Shown: positions 51,157 to 63,757 of the stretch, in pieces | How the letters are laid out: the number at the start of each line of letters is the position of its first letter | Position numbering within the stretch: position 1 is the first letter of the stretch | Assembly: GCF_004010195.1 (NCBI RefSeq) | Contig: NC_057752.1 | Location: 3,896,379-3,960,378 of the forward strand | DNA: 64,000 nucleotides | Source: Chiloscyllium plagiosum | Lineage: Eukaryota | Direction of reading: 5' to 3' | Position numbers and translations under genes: made by a program | Notes under the pieces: generated by a model | Database searches by the model: none | Seen by the model: the letters and a program-made list of their open reading frames with translations, nothing else | Told to the model about the DNA's origin: nothing

Positions 51157-53125
51157 TTGCACATTAACCAAATAATAGTCTCAAAAATCAAAAAATTCCC
51201 TGGAGCTTTGCATTAAACCAACAAGTGCTACCTGCAGAATTTTAGTATTATAATATGCATCATACAGCAATCCTAAAACAGCAGTTTTAATAATGTGTAA
51301 TCACCAGTCTAATCCTTTAAATATAATGTAGTTGACACTTGTTATTCGAGATGGTAGTTCTTTTTTAAATGTTATGAGTCTATTTTTAAGTAGATAACTT
51401 GTATATTCCAGTTTGTATTACTTGTATGATGGGAACTGAAGGTTGAATTCTGTAACCTGTAGACCACAGCAACTGATTTGAAAAAGCATTGGTATGTGTC
51501 TCAGAAACACTAAAAGTTCAGAGTGAAAGATTATTTTACAGTCAAAGATTGTGGGATCTGTTCTTACAGAATGAGAAATGTATGCAGGATAACTGAATGC
51601 TGTAATCCATAATTATATCCAGCTGACTGAACAATTGTGTTTGGCTGAATTTTATATTCTATAATTTTCTGCCTTTTGTGGAGCTATTAAACCTGTACAA
51701 AAGATCATCTGGGTTTTTTTTTGCTTAAATGTCTTGCTACTTTGGAGGTTAGTTTTTCAGTGGTAATCAATATGTATATGGCAGTTTTGTATTGTTAGCA
51801 ATAGACTTGTATTCAGTGGCTCCACACTTCAGTGGGAATCCACCACAAGCCTAAAATACCATGGAATGAATTTTCTGTCTAGCGATTTCTATTACAAGCA
51901 CAGCCTGACTTCTGCCAGTTTTTAACCCAATTGATTGTGTTGACAAATGTTTAATCCAGTTACAGAACAAAACAGGTTTTCAACCAACTTGTCTTTACCA
52001 CAAAAGTTATGCTTTGACACCAGTAGCTATCAAGTTAAATTAATCACTAGTGGTATTTTTAGTGTGAATTGCTCACAATCCGGACATGATAGAGAATTGT
52101 CAAAGAAATTGGTTTTATAAAATGCATTTCAAATTGAGTTCACTACTTTGTGTACCCTCTTGGCAAACAACTGGGCATAGAACTCTTCAAATGTGGGATT
52201 AGCATGGTCCTTTCAGTGATTTAATAGAGGTTCCATTGTCAAATCTTTGTAGATGATAACTTATATGCTGTTTTATTTTTGTTCAAACATAGCGTTCAGA
52301 CAAACTGGATAAAAATTTGTTTTCTCAGCCATCGACAACCAGAAGTTTCTATTTTTACAAAAAACTTGAATTTTTAAAAATACATGTTTAATTTGGCTTG
52401 TGTCTGTGTATGCGTGTAAACATTAACTTGTGATCCATCTTGAAGTGCAAAATTAAATTGGACACAAACGAAGTGCTGACCTTGGTTATGGCTTGCGATA
52501 TGCATCAATATACTTCTGTGGAGTTATTGAATGTATTTGGCACCAATAATAAAATAGAAAATTGTGACCGAAAGTAGAAGCATGCCTCCAACTAATAAAT
52601 TGTATGTCATGCAAACTAGATTTTAAATTATAGATTATGGTGTTATCTAAATGTAGCTTTTACAGAACATGTCAACGCATCTATTCCTGTCAGCTTTTTT
52701 AATATCCCTTTTTATGCATTTAAGTGGTAACTATTGTAAAATATCTGTACCAAAGACTTGTCTGCGCCTCTCAAATTTGACTTCAGCTATAAAATCCTTG
52801 CTTCAGCTGTCTGCTACACAACTGCAGTGAAACCTGTGTATTAGGCACTAAATCGAAGTGAAAACTGATGCAAGTTGTCAATATGCAGCTTTATTTTTGT
52901 TTTTGTATTTCTCAAAATTGAAACCCCGAATACCAGAGAATGTTTGTTTGAACTGTAGTCTTTTTGAAGTGCTTGCAACTGTTTAAGGATATGTCAGTTA
53001 CCAAATTGCTGCAGCTTTATTGATGCATATTGCACAATATATTGTAAGTTGTTTTCACTGTATTGTTGTGTAATACATGCTCCTCTGTTTCAGTAGCTTC
53101 AGTTAAATAAGTGCAGTGATCAACT
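51157..53125 (+). other. RACGAP1: Probable RACGAP1 3'UTR (end uncertain)
   Basis: AU-rich and free of recognisable repeats; AATAAA at 52548-52553 and 52594-52599; GU-rich tract at 53130-53150. Confidence 0.55.
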
Positions 53126-54628
53126 CTCTGGTGTTTTGTGTGTTTTTTTTATAAACTGTTTGTGTGAATCCCTATGGGTCCATGTACCATGCTGACTTGG
53201 AACTCTATCTCTGTTGCTTTGTCATCATGAGGACGAAATCTTTGAATTCCTTTCCAAAGAGTACTGTGGGTATATCTTCATCAGGTGGACTGCAATAGTC
53301 CAAGAAGGTAACTCACTCGCACTTTCTCTAGGACAATCAGGGATGGACAATAAATGCTAACCAGCAATACCCACATCCCTTGAATAGGTGGAGGGGAAAA
53401 ATGACCTCTCATCAGTGAACTGTCATGGTTTCCTTTATGTAAAATGATATTGTTTCTCCTCACCTTAAGCAAATGCACTGACATGTCTCTGCTGTTGGTA
53501 CGTATTGAATGTTTACATGTGGCTATTCACAATTCTTCACTGATCCTAACTACTTCACCCTTAACATACAGTTTTCCTAATTAGTTTTAAAAGCCCCACA
53601 CAATGCATACAGAATTTAAATGCTTACAGGGAGTTGTAGATGCCTCCATCTTGCAGCGCCAAAAAGTTCTACAGTATTTCCAACCATAAAAACAAAATCT
53701 GAGTAGGGTTAGGTCATTCAGCCACTTGTGCCTGCTTTACCATTCAGTGCAATCGTGGCTGATCTGATTGTGACTTTAATTATACTTTTCTGTCAGCTGC
53801 CTGTAACGCTTAACTCCCTTGTCGTCTAAAATCAATGGATGAATGATATTTGAATTAATATTGTAAGGTATGTATACAATAGCAGCCCAGATAGCCCACT
53901 CACGCAGTGGATCAAGATGTACAAAATGTTTGTCCAAACTTCAAATTTCTGTTTTTTTTTTTAAATTGTTGTCCTTGTGCTGAAATTATTTATTAGGAAA
54001 GGCAAGGTCTTTAGATACATCAAAGGGCTATTCTGCCCAGGAGATCGAAACTGACAATTATGTTCCACAAGACCCCCCACCACTCATGTCATTGAACCTC
54101 TTCACGGCCTTGGCTTTCCCTTCAATGCATCCGTTCTATTTGCACTGTATGAGGTTGTCAGACTTTGATCACCACAGTAAAGAAGCTAAATAAATCCAAT
54201 GAGGAATTCAGGATCGAGACTTATTATTGTGTCCTCTCATATTGCACTCCTTCCCCATGTTCCATTCCCAGTAAATGAAAGTATCTACCTTGTCAAACCC
54301 ATTCCATTAGGTCACCCCGTATGTCAGAAAAGTATCAAGCTGTTCAGCCAAGCTTGATGGATACAGGCTCTCCATTCTGGTGTCCATGTGGAAGTTTTTG
54401 CACCTTCAAGTGCCCCTCTTTGTCCTGAAATCAACCCAAATGTTTTGTTTGCTTTTATTGCTACATTTGATAATTTGTGAATCTCTCCTTAAATTCCCTT
54501 GCTCCCCTATTTGGGCACTTAGACTCCAAGGAGTATGTTTTCTTATTAATCACTATAAAACCACTTACCCATATTGAAATGCAACTGCTTTGTAATAGTT
54601 GTTCTTTATGGATAAACTTAACAAAAGA

Positions 54629-55141
54629 TTGTGAGAAGATTTGTAGCTCGGGTGCTCGTTGTTGTGGTTCTGGTCGCCGAGCTGGGAATTTGTGTTGCAG
54701 ATGTTTTGTCCCCTGTCAAGGTGACATCCTCAGTGCTTGGGAACCTCCTGTGAAGACAGCTAACGATCCGCATCCATGAACACCAACTAGCCACGAAACG
54801 ACACGACCAGCTATCCTTAGTAGCCACACACGCAGATGACAAACAACATGAGTTTGACTGGGACAACACTACTATTATAGGACAAGCCAAACAGAGAACA
54901 ACCAGGGAATTCCTCGAGGCATGGCACTCATCCACAGATTCAATCAATAAGCACATCGACCTGGACCCAATATACCGACCACTGTAGCGGACAGCTGGAA
55001 CTGACAACCGGAAGTGGCAGATTCAAACCACTACAAATGCCAGAGGAAAGATCACAGAAGCGCTTCACAGGAGGATGTCACCTAGACAGGGGACGAAACC
55101 TCTGCAACACAAATTCCCAGCTCGGCGAACAGAACCACAAC
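54629..55141. mobile_element. Family C PLE with inverted pseudo-LTR and GIY-YIG tail
   Basis: [11 protein letters not shown]...REFLEAWHS; TSD ACTT(A/C)ACAAAAGA at 54616-54628 and 55142-55154. Confidence 0.85.
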
Positions 55142-58100
55142 ACTTCACAAAAGAAGTAGGTAAAGGTAGATATGTAGGACTGCAACTTGAGCAGTTTGTG
55201 GTTTGGTATTAATTCAGGTGATAGCACCCTTGGAGGATAGTCCTGTAAGGCTGGGGTAATTTTATTATGATCCTTTTCTCACATTTTTCTTGAAGGGGGA
55301 AGGGGTGCCGTGAACCAAATACTGGCTTGTGTTCTCAGATATGCTTTTCCAGTAACTTGCTCAGTTACAAAAATGTGACCCAGCCTTAAATCCAGCAAAC
55401 ATTTCAGAACATGGTAACTCAACCCATGATGTTTAAAGTAAGACCACCATTATAGAAAAATGCACAAAGCAAGTGGGAAGTAAGGAAAATCTTTTTCACC
55501 CAGTGAGTAGTTGGGGTATAGAATGCACTGGCTGGATATATAGTGGAGGCCAGTTCAATCAAGGCATTCAAGTGGGGCACTATATGGTTACTTGGATCAA
55601 AGTAATGCCCAAGAGAATGGGGCAAAAGGAGATTAAGAATAATGCTCATTTAACGCCCTGAGGAGTCTTCTATGCCATAACACCTCTTTGAAATGTAATC
55701 ATAGATATTATAAACTCATATAATATTATGTGTGCTCAATGTACACCTCTTTAGCAGCAATAGACATCTTAAAGTGATTTCTATTAAAAGGTTTTTTTGG
55801 TGAACTACTTAACAGTTTCAGTCCAACATGGCAGTGAGATAGGGTTCCTGCTTTGGAGCTTGTCCACTCCGACTGTTTTGCTATTCCTTTTTTTTTTCCT
55901 TCCTTGCCTTTTTTTCCCCCTCCTCCTTACTTGTCCTGAGATTGGACAGCAGCAGCGAAAGCCCAGCATGTGGAACTTGAATGATCTCAAGCTGGGCCCA
56001 GGATACAAACGTCTGGTGAGCCTACCACAGACCTTGAGCTGGGCCCACAGCACATATCCTAAGCCAGGCCCAGGGTGTGGGATTACAATGGACCTCAAGT
56101 GGGCTGAGCACAGAGGCGAGTGAGCAAGCACTGGACTTGTGCAGCTGCTCCATTGGCAGAGGTGATGTTGGTGAAGTAGGCCCAGTGGCAAAAGATGGCA
56201 CCTGAGGATTGACAACTTCATTGGTTGGGTCTGGTGCTGACAGTGGAGCGGTAGTGGAAGGGCTTCATGACAACATCAATGAGGTGGGCCCAGTGCCAAG
56301 AGATGAGACTCCTGTTGGGTCTGGTGCAGGTGGCAGCAAGGCAGTGGTGGAGGAGCATCAGACCAATGGCAAAGATGGTGCCTGAGGATCAGCAACATAA
56401 ATATTGGTTGTGTCCAGTGTGGATTGGGATGGTGGTGCAGGTGAAGTTGGTTGTGATGAGTTGGCTCAGGGTTTATGGACTCTCTGCAAGCTATATCTTA
56501 AATTATTCAAAATGGTGCTGTTTCATGGCAACAAACTAAACTTTTCACTCTTGTAGAACTGTAATATATACATGACATTAAAATTATAATGACTCTGTAA
56601 ATGCACCATTGTGTAGTCCTGAACCATACAAAGCAAGAAGATTGAGTTGGGTCCATTGTCTCTGCTCAGTCTAACCATTGCTACTATTAACAATTGTATC
56701 CCTCAGCGAGAGTGGAATTTAAAAAAAACACCCAGCCAGGTTTACTGTAAGGAAATGGAAATGATGTCTCTCTGAAGCAGCCTCTTGTTTCCAAGGTTAT
56801 CCTGTGTGTACTCTCGTTGAGACCAAGGTGGAAATATAGCAACTTGGATGAGGTGCTGGTGGGTGCATACTAAGTAGGGAATAATATCCCAGTATGAAAT
56901 GATTTTTCCAGCCAAGAAGATAAATAAATCCAGACCAGAGCCCGCCTCTTGTGCTCAGAGCATCTCGGAAGGAATTCATCCTCTTCTTCAGGTAGTAAAG
57001 GCATTGAGGCTGTGCCATCACTGTGTCCATTTCAGATTCTGAGGTCTTTTTGACGCTGGGCAGAGGGGGAGAATCCATGGTTTTCAACAGCTTTCCAGGT
57101 GTTCTGAGGGGCCGGGTATGTTTTGCCCCTGTCCCGTTTGCAAATTTACAGCTTCCATGCGGTCCACATGCTTGTTCAGGATTACTTACTTTGTAGGTCA
57201 CTGGACCTTACCTCATGTCGGCCATGCCCCTTACCCAGTCAGGCTATTTCCATGTTTTTGCCACCAGAGTTTGTCCCATGAAGTAAACTATCTCTCTCAC
57301 TTAGCAGAGTCTTATGTCTGGCATTGGCGTTCCTGGTGCTGTTTCACCCTCACCTCCATCCCCCTCCCCCCAGGTCCGGGAAGATCAGACTTAACCTGGT
57401 GTGGAGTCTTCTCCCCATTAGCAACTGTGCTGGAGATATCTTTGTAGCTGCATGGGGGATGGTCCAATAATCAAATAGGAACTGGGACAGTTTGGTATCA
57501 AGTGAAGCTGTCGGCTGTTTCTTTAAGCCTGCTTTCAAAGTTTGAACTGCTCTTTCGGCCAGACCATTGGACAGTAAGAACTAGGAGCAGGAGTAGGCTG
57601 CCTGACCCTTCAAGCCTGCTCTGCCATTCAATAAGGTCATGGCTGATCTGTTTGTGGACTCAGATCCACTTACCCGCAAACTCACCATATCCATTAATTC
57701 CTTTATTGTTCAAAAAAAATCTATCTTAGCTTTAAAAACGTTGACTGAAGTAGCATCAACTACTTCACTGGGCAAGGAATGCCATAGATTAGCAACCCTC
57801 TGGGTGAAGGAGTTCATTCTCAATTCAGTCCGAAATCTGCTCCCCCTTATCTTGAGGCTATGCCCTCTTGTCGCAGTTTCACCCATCAGTGGAAACATCC
57901 TCTCTACTTCTATCTTATCTATTCCCTTCATAATTCTATCAGTATCCATAAAATATGCCCCTCATTCTTCTGAATTCCAATTAATATAATCTCAATCTAC
58001 TCAGTCCCTCCTCATGAACCAACCCCCTCAACTCCGGAATCAACCTAGTGAACCTCCTCTGCACCCCCTCCAGTGCCAGTACATCCTTTCTCAAGTAAGG

Positions 58101-58235
58101 AGACCAGAACTGCACACAGTACTCTAGGACTCATCAGCACGCTATCCAGCTACAACATAACCTCCCTGTGTTTTTAAAATCAATCCCTTTCGCAATGAAG
58201 GATAAAATTCCATTTGCCTTCCTAATTACTTGTTG

Positions 58236-58438
58236 GAGAAAGTGAGGTCTGCAGATGCTGGAGATCAGAGCTGGAAATGTGTTGCTGGAAAAGCGCAGCA
58301 GGTCAGGCAGCATCCAGGGAACAGGAGAATCGACGTTTCGGGCATAAGCCTGAAGAAGGGCTTATGCTCGAAACGTCGATTCTCCTGTTCCCTGGATGCT
58401 GCCTGACCTGCTGCACTTTACCAGCAACACATTTCCAG
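58236..58438. mobile_element. Family A fold-back mini-PLE with hammerhead core
   Basis: Near-perfect inverted arms; CTGAAGA-A-GGGC-TTAT-GCTC-GAAA-CG-TC at 58350-58377; TSD CTAATTACTTGTTG at 58222-58235 and 58439-58452. Confidence 0.87.
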
Positions 58439-58607
58439 CTAATTACTTGTTGTACCTGCAGACCAGCCCTCTGTGATTCATGCACAAGGACACCCAGGTC
58501 CCCCTGATAGTCGCATGCTGCAACTTTTTACCATTCAAGTAATAATCCTTTTTACTGTTACTCCTACAATAATGGACGATTTTACATTTATTAATATTGT
58601 ATTCCAT

Positions 58608-58902
58608 GGTTTGGGAGAAGATTTGTAGCTCGGGTGCTCGTTGTTGTGGTTCTGTTTGCCGAGGCATGGCACTCATCCACAGACTCTATCAACAAACACA
58701 TCGACCTGGACCCAATATACCGGCCACTACAGCGGACAGCTGGAACTGACAACCGGAAGCGGCAGAGACAGGCCACTATAAATGCCGGAGGAAACATCAC
58801 AGAAGCGCTTCACAGGAGGCTCCCAAGCACTTAGGATGTCACCTAGACAGGGGACGAAACGTTTGCAAGACAAATTCCCAGCTCGGCGAACAGAACCACA
58901 AC
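58608..58902. mobile_element. Short family C PLE
   Basis: Short inverted arm plus [31 protein letters not shown](C/T)CAT at 58596-58607 and 58903-58914. Confidence 0.85.
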
Positions 58903-59109
58903 ATTGTATTTCATCTCAAAGTTTCCCAGTCCTCTGCATACTTTGCTCTGCCACTTATTTTAGTCTCATCTGCAGACTTTGACACACTAGATGTGGTTCC
59001 CAACTCCCAAATCATTGCAATAAATTGTGAATGGATGATATGGAGCTGTCAAATACCAACTGACTTCAGGAAATACTCCAATCTCCTGCTGGTAAATGTT
59101 CTGTTTTCT

Positions 59110-59189
59110 GTGACCAGCACTTCCAGGAGTCTGTATATTGCAAAAGATAGTGACCAGCACTTCCAGGAGTCTGTATATTGCAAAAGATA
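59110..59189. repeat. Perfect 40-bp tandem duplication
   Basis: GTGACCAGCACTTCCAGGAGTCTGTATATTGCAAAAGATA x2. Confidence 0.95.
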
Positions 59190-59779
59190 CTTGCACCTTT
59201 TTTATTGTTGTCCCTGTTTGGCGAATGAATTCTATGCACGTCCAACCACTGACTAAGAGCAATGAATCCAAGAAAGGACCAGCATGGTCAATGTGTAACC
59301 GAGTGCAGGGGTTACCCAGCCACTCCTACAAATGTGGGGGATCTGCACTTTGGGTATTGCCCCACCAATGCAGCTATGTCTGCATCTAATCCTGGCCACC
59401 AGACATCACCAGACCCATCCAGGAGTGTCCAAACTGAAGATGTTGGCAAGAGGTTGGGTTCAGTCAGTATCTGGCAGTGAGCTTTACTCAGGACAATCAC
59501 TCTTGTTCCCCGTAATAATATGCTGTCCCCTACGGTGATCTGGTCTCTCTGGGTCCAGAAAAGCTTCAGTTCTGGTTGTTTTGACCCTTCTGTTTCCCCC
59601 ATCAGCACCAGCTGTTTTAGTTTTGCCAGGACTGGATCTTTTTGTGTCCACAGTCTGATATTGTCAGCAGGGACGAGAAGGGTGTCCAGAAAGTTTAAAA
59701 CCAGAATGGACTCTTACAGTGGCAGCACTACCGTTGGAGTATCTGCCAATGGGAGGCCGCTCAATGCATTCCCATTTGA

Positions 59780-60310
59780 TTCCCCAAAGCCTGTCCACCA
59801 TCTACAAGGCCCAAGTCAGGAGTGTGATGGAATACTCCCCACTTGCCTGGATGGGGGCAGCTCCAACAACACTCAAGAAGCTCAACACCATCCAGGACAA
59901 AGTAGTTCGCGTGATTAGCCCCACATCCACAAACATCCACTCCCTCCATCACTGACGCTCAGTAGCAACAGTGTGTACTAACTACAAGACTCACTGCAGA
60001 AATTCACCAGATCCTCAGAGAGCACCTTTCAAACCCACAACCACTTCCACTTAGAAGGACAAAGGCAGCAGCTACATGGCAACACCATCATCCGCAAGTT
60101 CCCCTCCAAGCCACTCACCATCCTGACTTGGAAATCTATCACTGTCCCTTCAGTGTCGCTCAGTCAAACTCCCTCCCTCAGGGCATTGTGGGTCAACCCA
60201 CAGCATGTGGACTGCAGTGATTCTAAAAGGCAGCTCACCCCCACCTTCTCAAGGGGCAACTGGGAAAGAGCAATAAATGCTGGACTCAGCCACGACGACC
60301 TCATCCCACA
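59780..60310 (+). mobile_element. YKAQVRS-family LINE 3' fragment
   Basis: IYKAQVRSVMEYSPLAWMGAAPTTL. Confidence 0.8.
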
Positions 60311-61314
60311 ACTGAATTTTTAAGAAGTTTTAATGGGTACAGAAAATGAACATCTACCCGAGAGGGCAGCCAGGGCCTTGGCTGAACATGTTCACCTGAA
60401 AGATGGGACCTCTGACAGTTTGGAGCTTCAGCCTTGATTTTTGCCCTGCAGTCTCTGGAATGGGTCTGAAATCCATGACGTTCTGACCTGGAGATGCATG
60501 CGCTACTCTGAGCCATCACTGACAATCAAACCACCCTGTGTAAAGAGGTTTCTTCTGAATTGTCAATTAGATTTATGAGCGTCTCTCTTATATTTATCAT
60601 CTCTCGTTCTGAACCGCCCTCGGCCTCGCCCCATAAGTGGAAACATTTGCTGACATTTTGCATTGAGCACAACTAACTGAATGGGGCTACGTCATTATTT
60701 GCAAAAGTTTCTCAATTACAAAAGAGAACAATAGCCTAAAAGTAGCTGAGATACAGAATGATTCATAGAGCCAGCTTGTATGAATTCCTCATTGCAGATC
60801 AGAGTCATTAAATTCACTTCTTCGTTCTCCATGTGGTCTTTATTCTATTACTTGTCTTCATTTCATTTCTCTTCGTCACCTCTGCTATCATCACTCCAGG
60901 GAATGCAAAAGGGTTTGTTATAATTACAAGCTAGTGGCTCACAAATCAGATTGCACATGGCATTTGCGTCTATATTTGTTTGCGTAGCTGAAATTGCAAA
61001 ATTAAAATTACTCAATCATTTAATTCTGTTCCCCCAAAGAGATTTGAAATCAAGCAAAAAAAAAATCTTCCTGTAGTTACAACACCTCACCTCCCATAAT
61101 CGCATTAACTATCATGTTGTTTCTCACACCAGGTTACAAAATTATACATTAACCGTAATACAAGTTTTGAGTAAAATACTTGGATCACCAACTAAATGAC
61201 AGGAATACTTGAAACAAATTTAATTTTAAATGACAGTAAAATTGTAAAAGGCCTCCAGTTCTACCTGAAAATCTAGTCATTTCTCATTGAATGTGGAAAA
61301 GAGGGAAACTTGTA

Positions 61315-61590
61315 TTAAAATGTAAATGGCCACAGAGCTGGTGTATTCCTGACATACTGAAGGTAAGTGGGATCACGTCCCCACCTTGACATTGCTTGCT
61401 TTTCTAGTATTGGAATTCCACTGACATGGGTAAGCAAGTACCACAGAAATATTGGGGACAGCACACTGAAATAGTCCACTCCCTTCATAACTGAAGAAGC
61501 TGAGATGAACAGGCCAGTCCATTGAAGTATTTCTCCCAAGTAGTTTGGATGGCGACTATAAGCCCAGAGTCCAGTCTGAATGAATTTGCC
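61315..61590 (-). CDS. DUF1295 / steroid 5-alpha-reductase-like membrane protein, last exon
   Basis: cag|GKFIQTGLWAYSRHPNYLGEILQWTG...SGIPILEK...YLQYVRNTPALWPFTF*. Confidence 0.92.
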   Translation of the reverse strand, partial: GKFIQTGLWAYSRHPNYLGEILQWTGLFISASSVMKGVDYFSVLSPIFLWYLLTHVSGIPILEKQAMSRWGRDPTYLQYVRNTPALWPFTF

Positions 61591-62264
61591 CTGATTGGGG
61601 GGAAAAAACAACATTGTGAACTCCTGAAGAACATGTCTTTTTGTTTGTCTTCCCCATTAACCCTGCCACACTGAACAAAATGCAAGTTAGTGACAGCTAT
61701 TTTTATTTGCAAAGACCTTAATGCTACTGTGTCCTGACCTGAGAGACAGCTTATGATGAGAAAATTAATATAGGTTAATGAAACTAAAAATCTTTGCTAC
61801 AGTTTTTAAACCATTTGCAACCGAGCAGATTTCAAAAGTATGTCAGTTGTACTAGTTACATCCTGTAAAAATTCCAGTAGATTCATCAAGCATGATTTCT
61901 CTGTCGTAAACCCATGCTGTCACTATTTTCCAAGTACTCTGTTCGTAAATCTTATATCATGGAGCCCTGTTGCAATAGCTACTTAGAAGTAATTTAACCA
62001 GGTGACAATTGGTCCCTTTGTCAGAAACTTAATTCGATGATTGAGCCGTATTTTTCTTAAAACTCAAACCGGCTGTCAGCATTGTAACCATCTGCCTGTG
62101 TTTAATGCTCCGACATGACTAACATAAAGATGGACAGTAATTGTGGCAATTTTGCTGATATTTCTAGTTCATTACCAGGTAATATTGTATTATTTGTATA
62201 ACATCACAATCATGAGGACTCCGTAGCCATTGAAAGGTGTGTTCTTGGAAAGAATCATGGTGAG

Positions 62265-62835
62265 TAACTCACCTACTGACCCCACCCAGGCCCCCAAAGG
62301 CTGTCCACCATCGACAAGGCACAAGTCAGGAGTGTGAGGGAATTTTCCACACACACCTGGATGAGAGCAGCTCCAACAACACTTAAGAAGCTCAACACCA
62401 TCCAGGACAAAGCAACCCATTTAACTGATCCTTATCCATCACCTTTAACATTCACTCCCATCACCACTGATGCACAGTGGCAGCAGTGAATACCATCTAC
62501 AAGGTTCACTGCAGCACCTCACCCAGCCCCCTTCTTTGACAGCACCTTCCAAACCCACGACCTCTACCAACTTGAAAGACAAGGACAACAAATGCACAGG
62601 AACACCACCACCTACAAGTTCCCCTCTAAGCCACACACCATCCTGACTTGGAGCTAAAAGCACTGTTCCTTCACTGTTACTGCCTCAAACATCAAGTCCC
62701 TTTCTAACAGCACTGTGTAGGCACCAGCACCGCATGGGCTGATGGGGTTCAAGAAGGCAACTTCAAGGGCAGTTAGGGATGGGCAATAAATGTTGACATA
62801 GTCAATTAATTAATAAATTGTAACACATCCCATGA
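62265..62835 (+). mobile_element. YKAQVRS-family LINE 3' fragment in an intron of the DUF1295 gene
   Basis: Homologous to 59780-60310. Confidence 0.75.
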
Positions 62836-62972
62836 AAAAAAGTTAAGAAAATAATAATCCAAATATCTTGGGGATTGCACTGTAAATTATGTCACTGTGA
62901 TCCCTTGCTCCTAGCACCATGGGAATAAATGAGTGAGGCAGGGTCATTAAAAGTATAGTATAATTCACTTAC

Positions 62973-63145
62973 AACATTATCAGGATGACTTTTGAAATTC
63001 CACTTCTGCTGGTCTGCAATTGTTTCTGTAACAAAGCCCAAAACCCAGATTATCCATCCAGTATAATCTCGGACACACAAAGGCCTGTCCTTTCCCCGAG
63101 TGTTTAGAATTAGTGTAGGAAGAAGTGTTACAAAGATCCAAATAC
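62973..63145 (-). CDS. DUF1295 gene, penultimate exon
   Basis: tag|(G)IWIFVTLLPTLILN...GWIIWVLGFVTETIADQQKWNFKSHPDNV|gtaagt; phase 0 joins the last exon. Confidence 0.92.
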
Positions 63146-63219
63146 CTAAAAAACAGGAAGAAAACTTCTGTTGAACTGGCACAACTGAACCATTCAAGAG
63201 TCTCTTAGTTACAGCATTT

Positions 63220-63252
63220 TAGCGCCATCTAATGTTGTTTCACTGTACAGCA
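63220..63252 (-). promoter_or_regulatory. Candidate CTCF site with upstream motif
   Basis: TGCTGTACA-5nt-ACAACATTAGATGGCGCTA. Confidence 0.3.
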
Positions 63253-63429
63253 TTTTTTGTCGTACACTGTAGCCCAGATTACAAATTTGTTTTACAATGC
63301 TGACGTTGTGGGATGGGGAAATGGATCAATTTGTCTGCCTATGTACATTTAAAGGTGAATCCAAGAAAATCAGTAGGAACTGGTATGATCACAACTACAG
63401 TAGTGCAGAGATATGGCTTCTGTGCTATC

Positions 63430-63757
63430 ATCATGCTGCAGCTTTACAAAACTCTAGTGCGGCCGCACTTGGAGTGTTGCGTACAGTTCTGGTCACTGCA
63501 TTATAGGAAGGATGTGGAAGCTTTGAAAGAGTACAGTGGAGATTTACTAGGATGTTGCCTGGTATGGAGGGAAGGTCTTATGAGGAAAGGCTGAGGGACT
63601 TGAGGATGTTTTTGTTAGAGAGAAGGTTGAGAGGTGATTTAATTGAAACATATAAGATAATCAGAGGGTTAGATAGGGTGGACAGTGAGAGCCTTTTTCC
63701 TCGGATGGTGATGGCTAGCACAAGGGGACATAGCTTTAAATTGAGAGGTGATAGATA
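63430..63757 (+). mobile_element. CR1 3' fragment
   Basis: LYKTLVRPHLECCVQFWS; RRLRGDLIETYKI. Confidence 0.9.

Larger units (their letters stand above)
57573..59026 (-). mobile_element. CR1-clade LINE 3' fragment
   Basis: MEYNINKCKIVH, TRGHSLKI, FTQRVANLWHSLP. Confidence 0.85.
56960..59780 (-). mobile_element. Gypsy/Ty3 pol (integrase) remnant, split by a CR1 insertion
   Basis: VWWPGLDADI, RLHIDHAGPF, TAPYHP | SNGLAERAVQTLK, FLFDYWTIPH..T..SPAQLLMGR. Confidence 0.85.
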
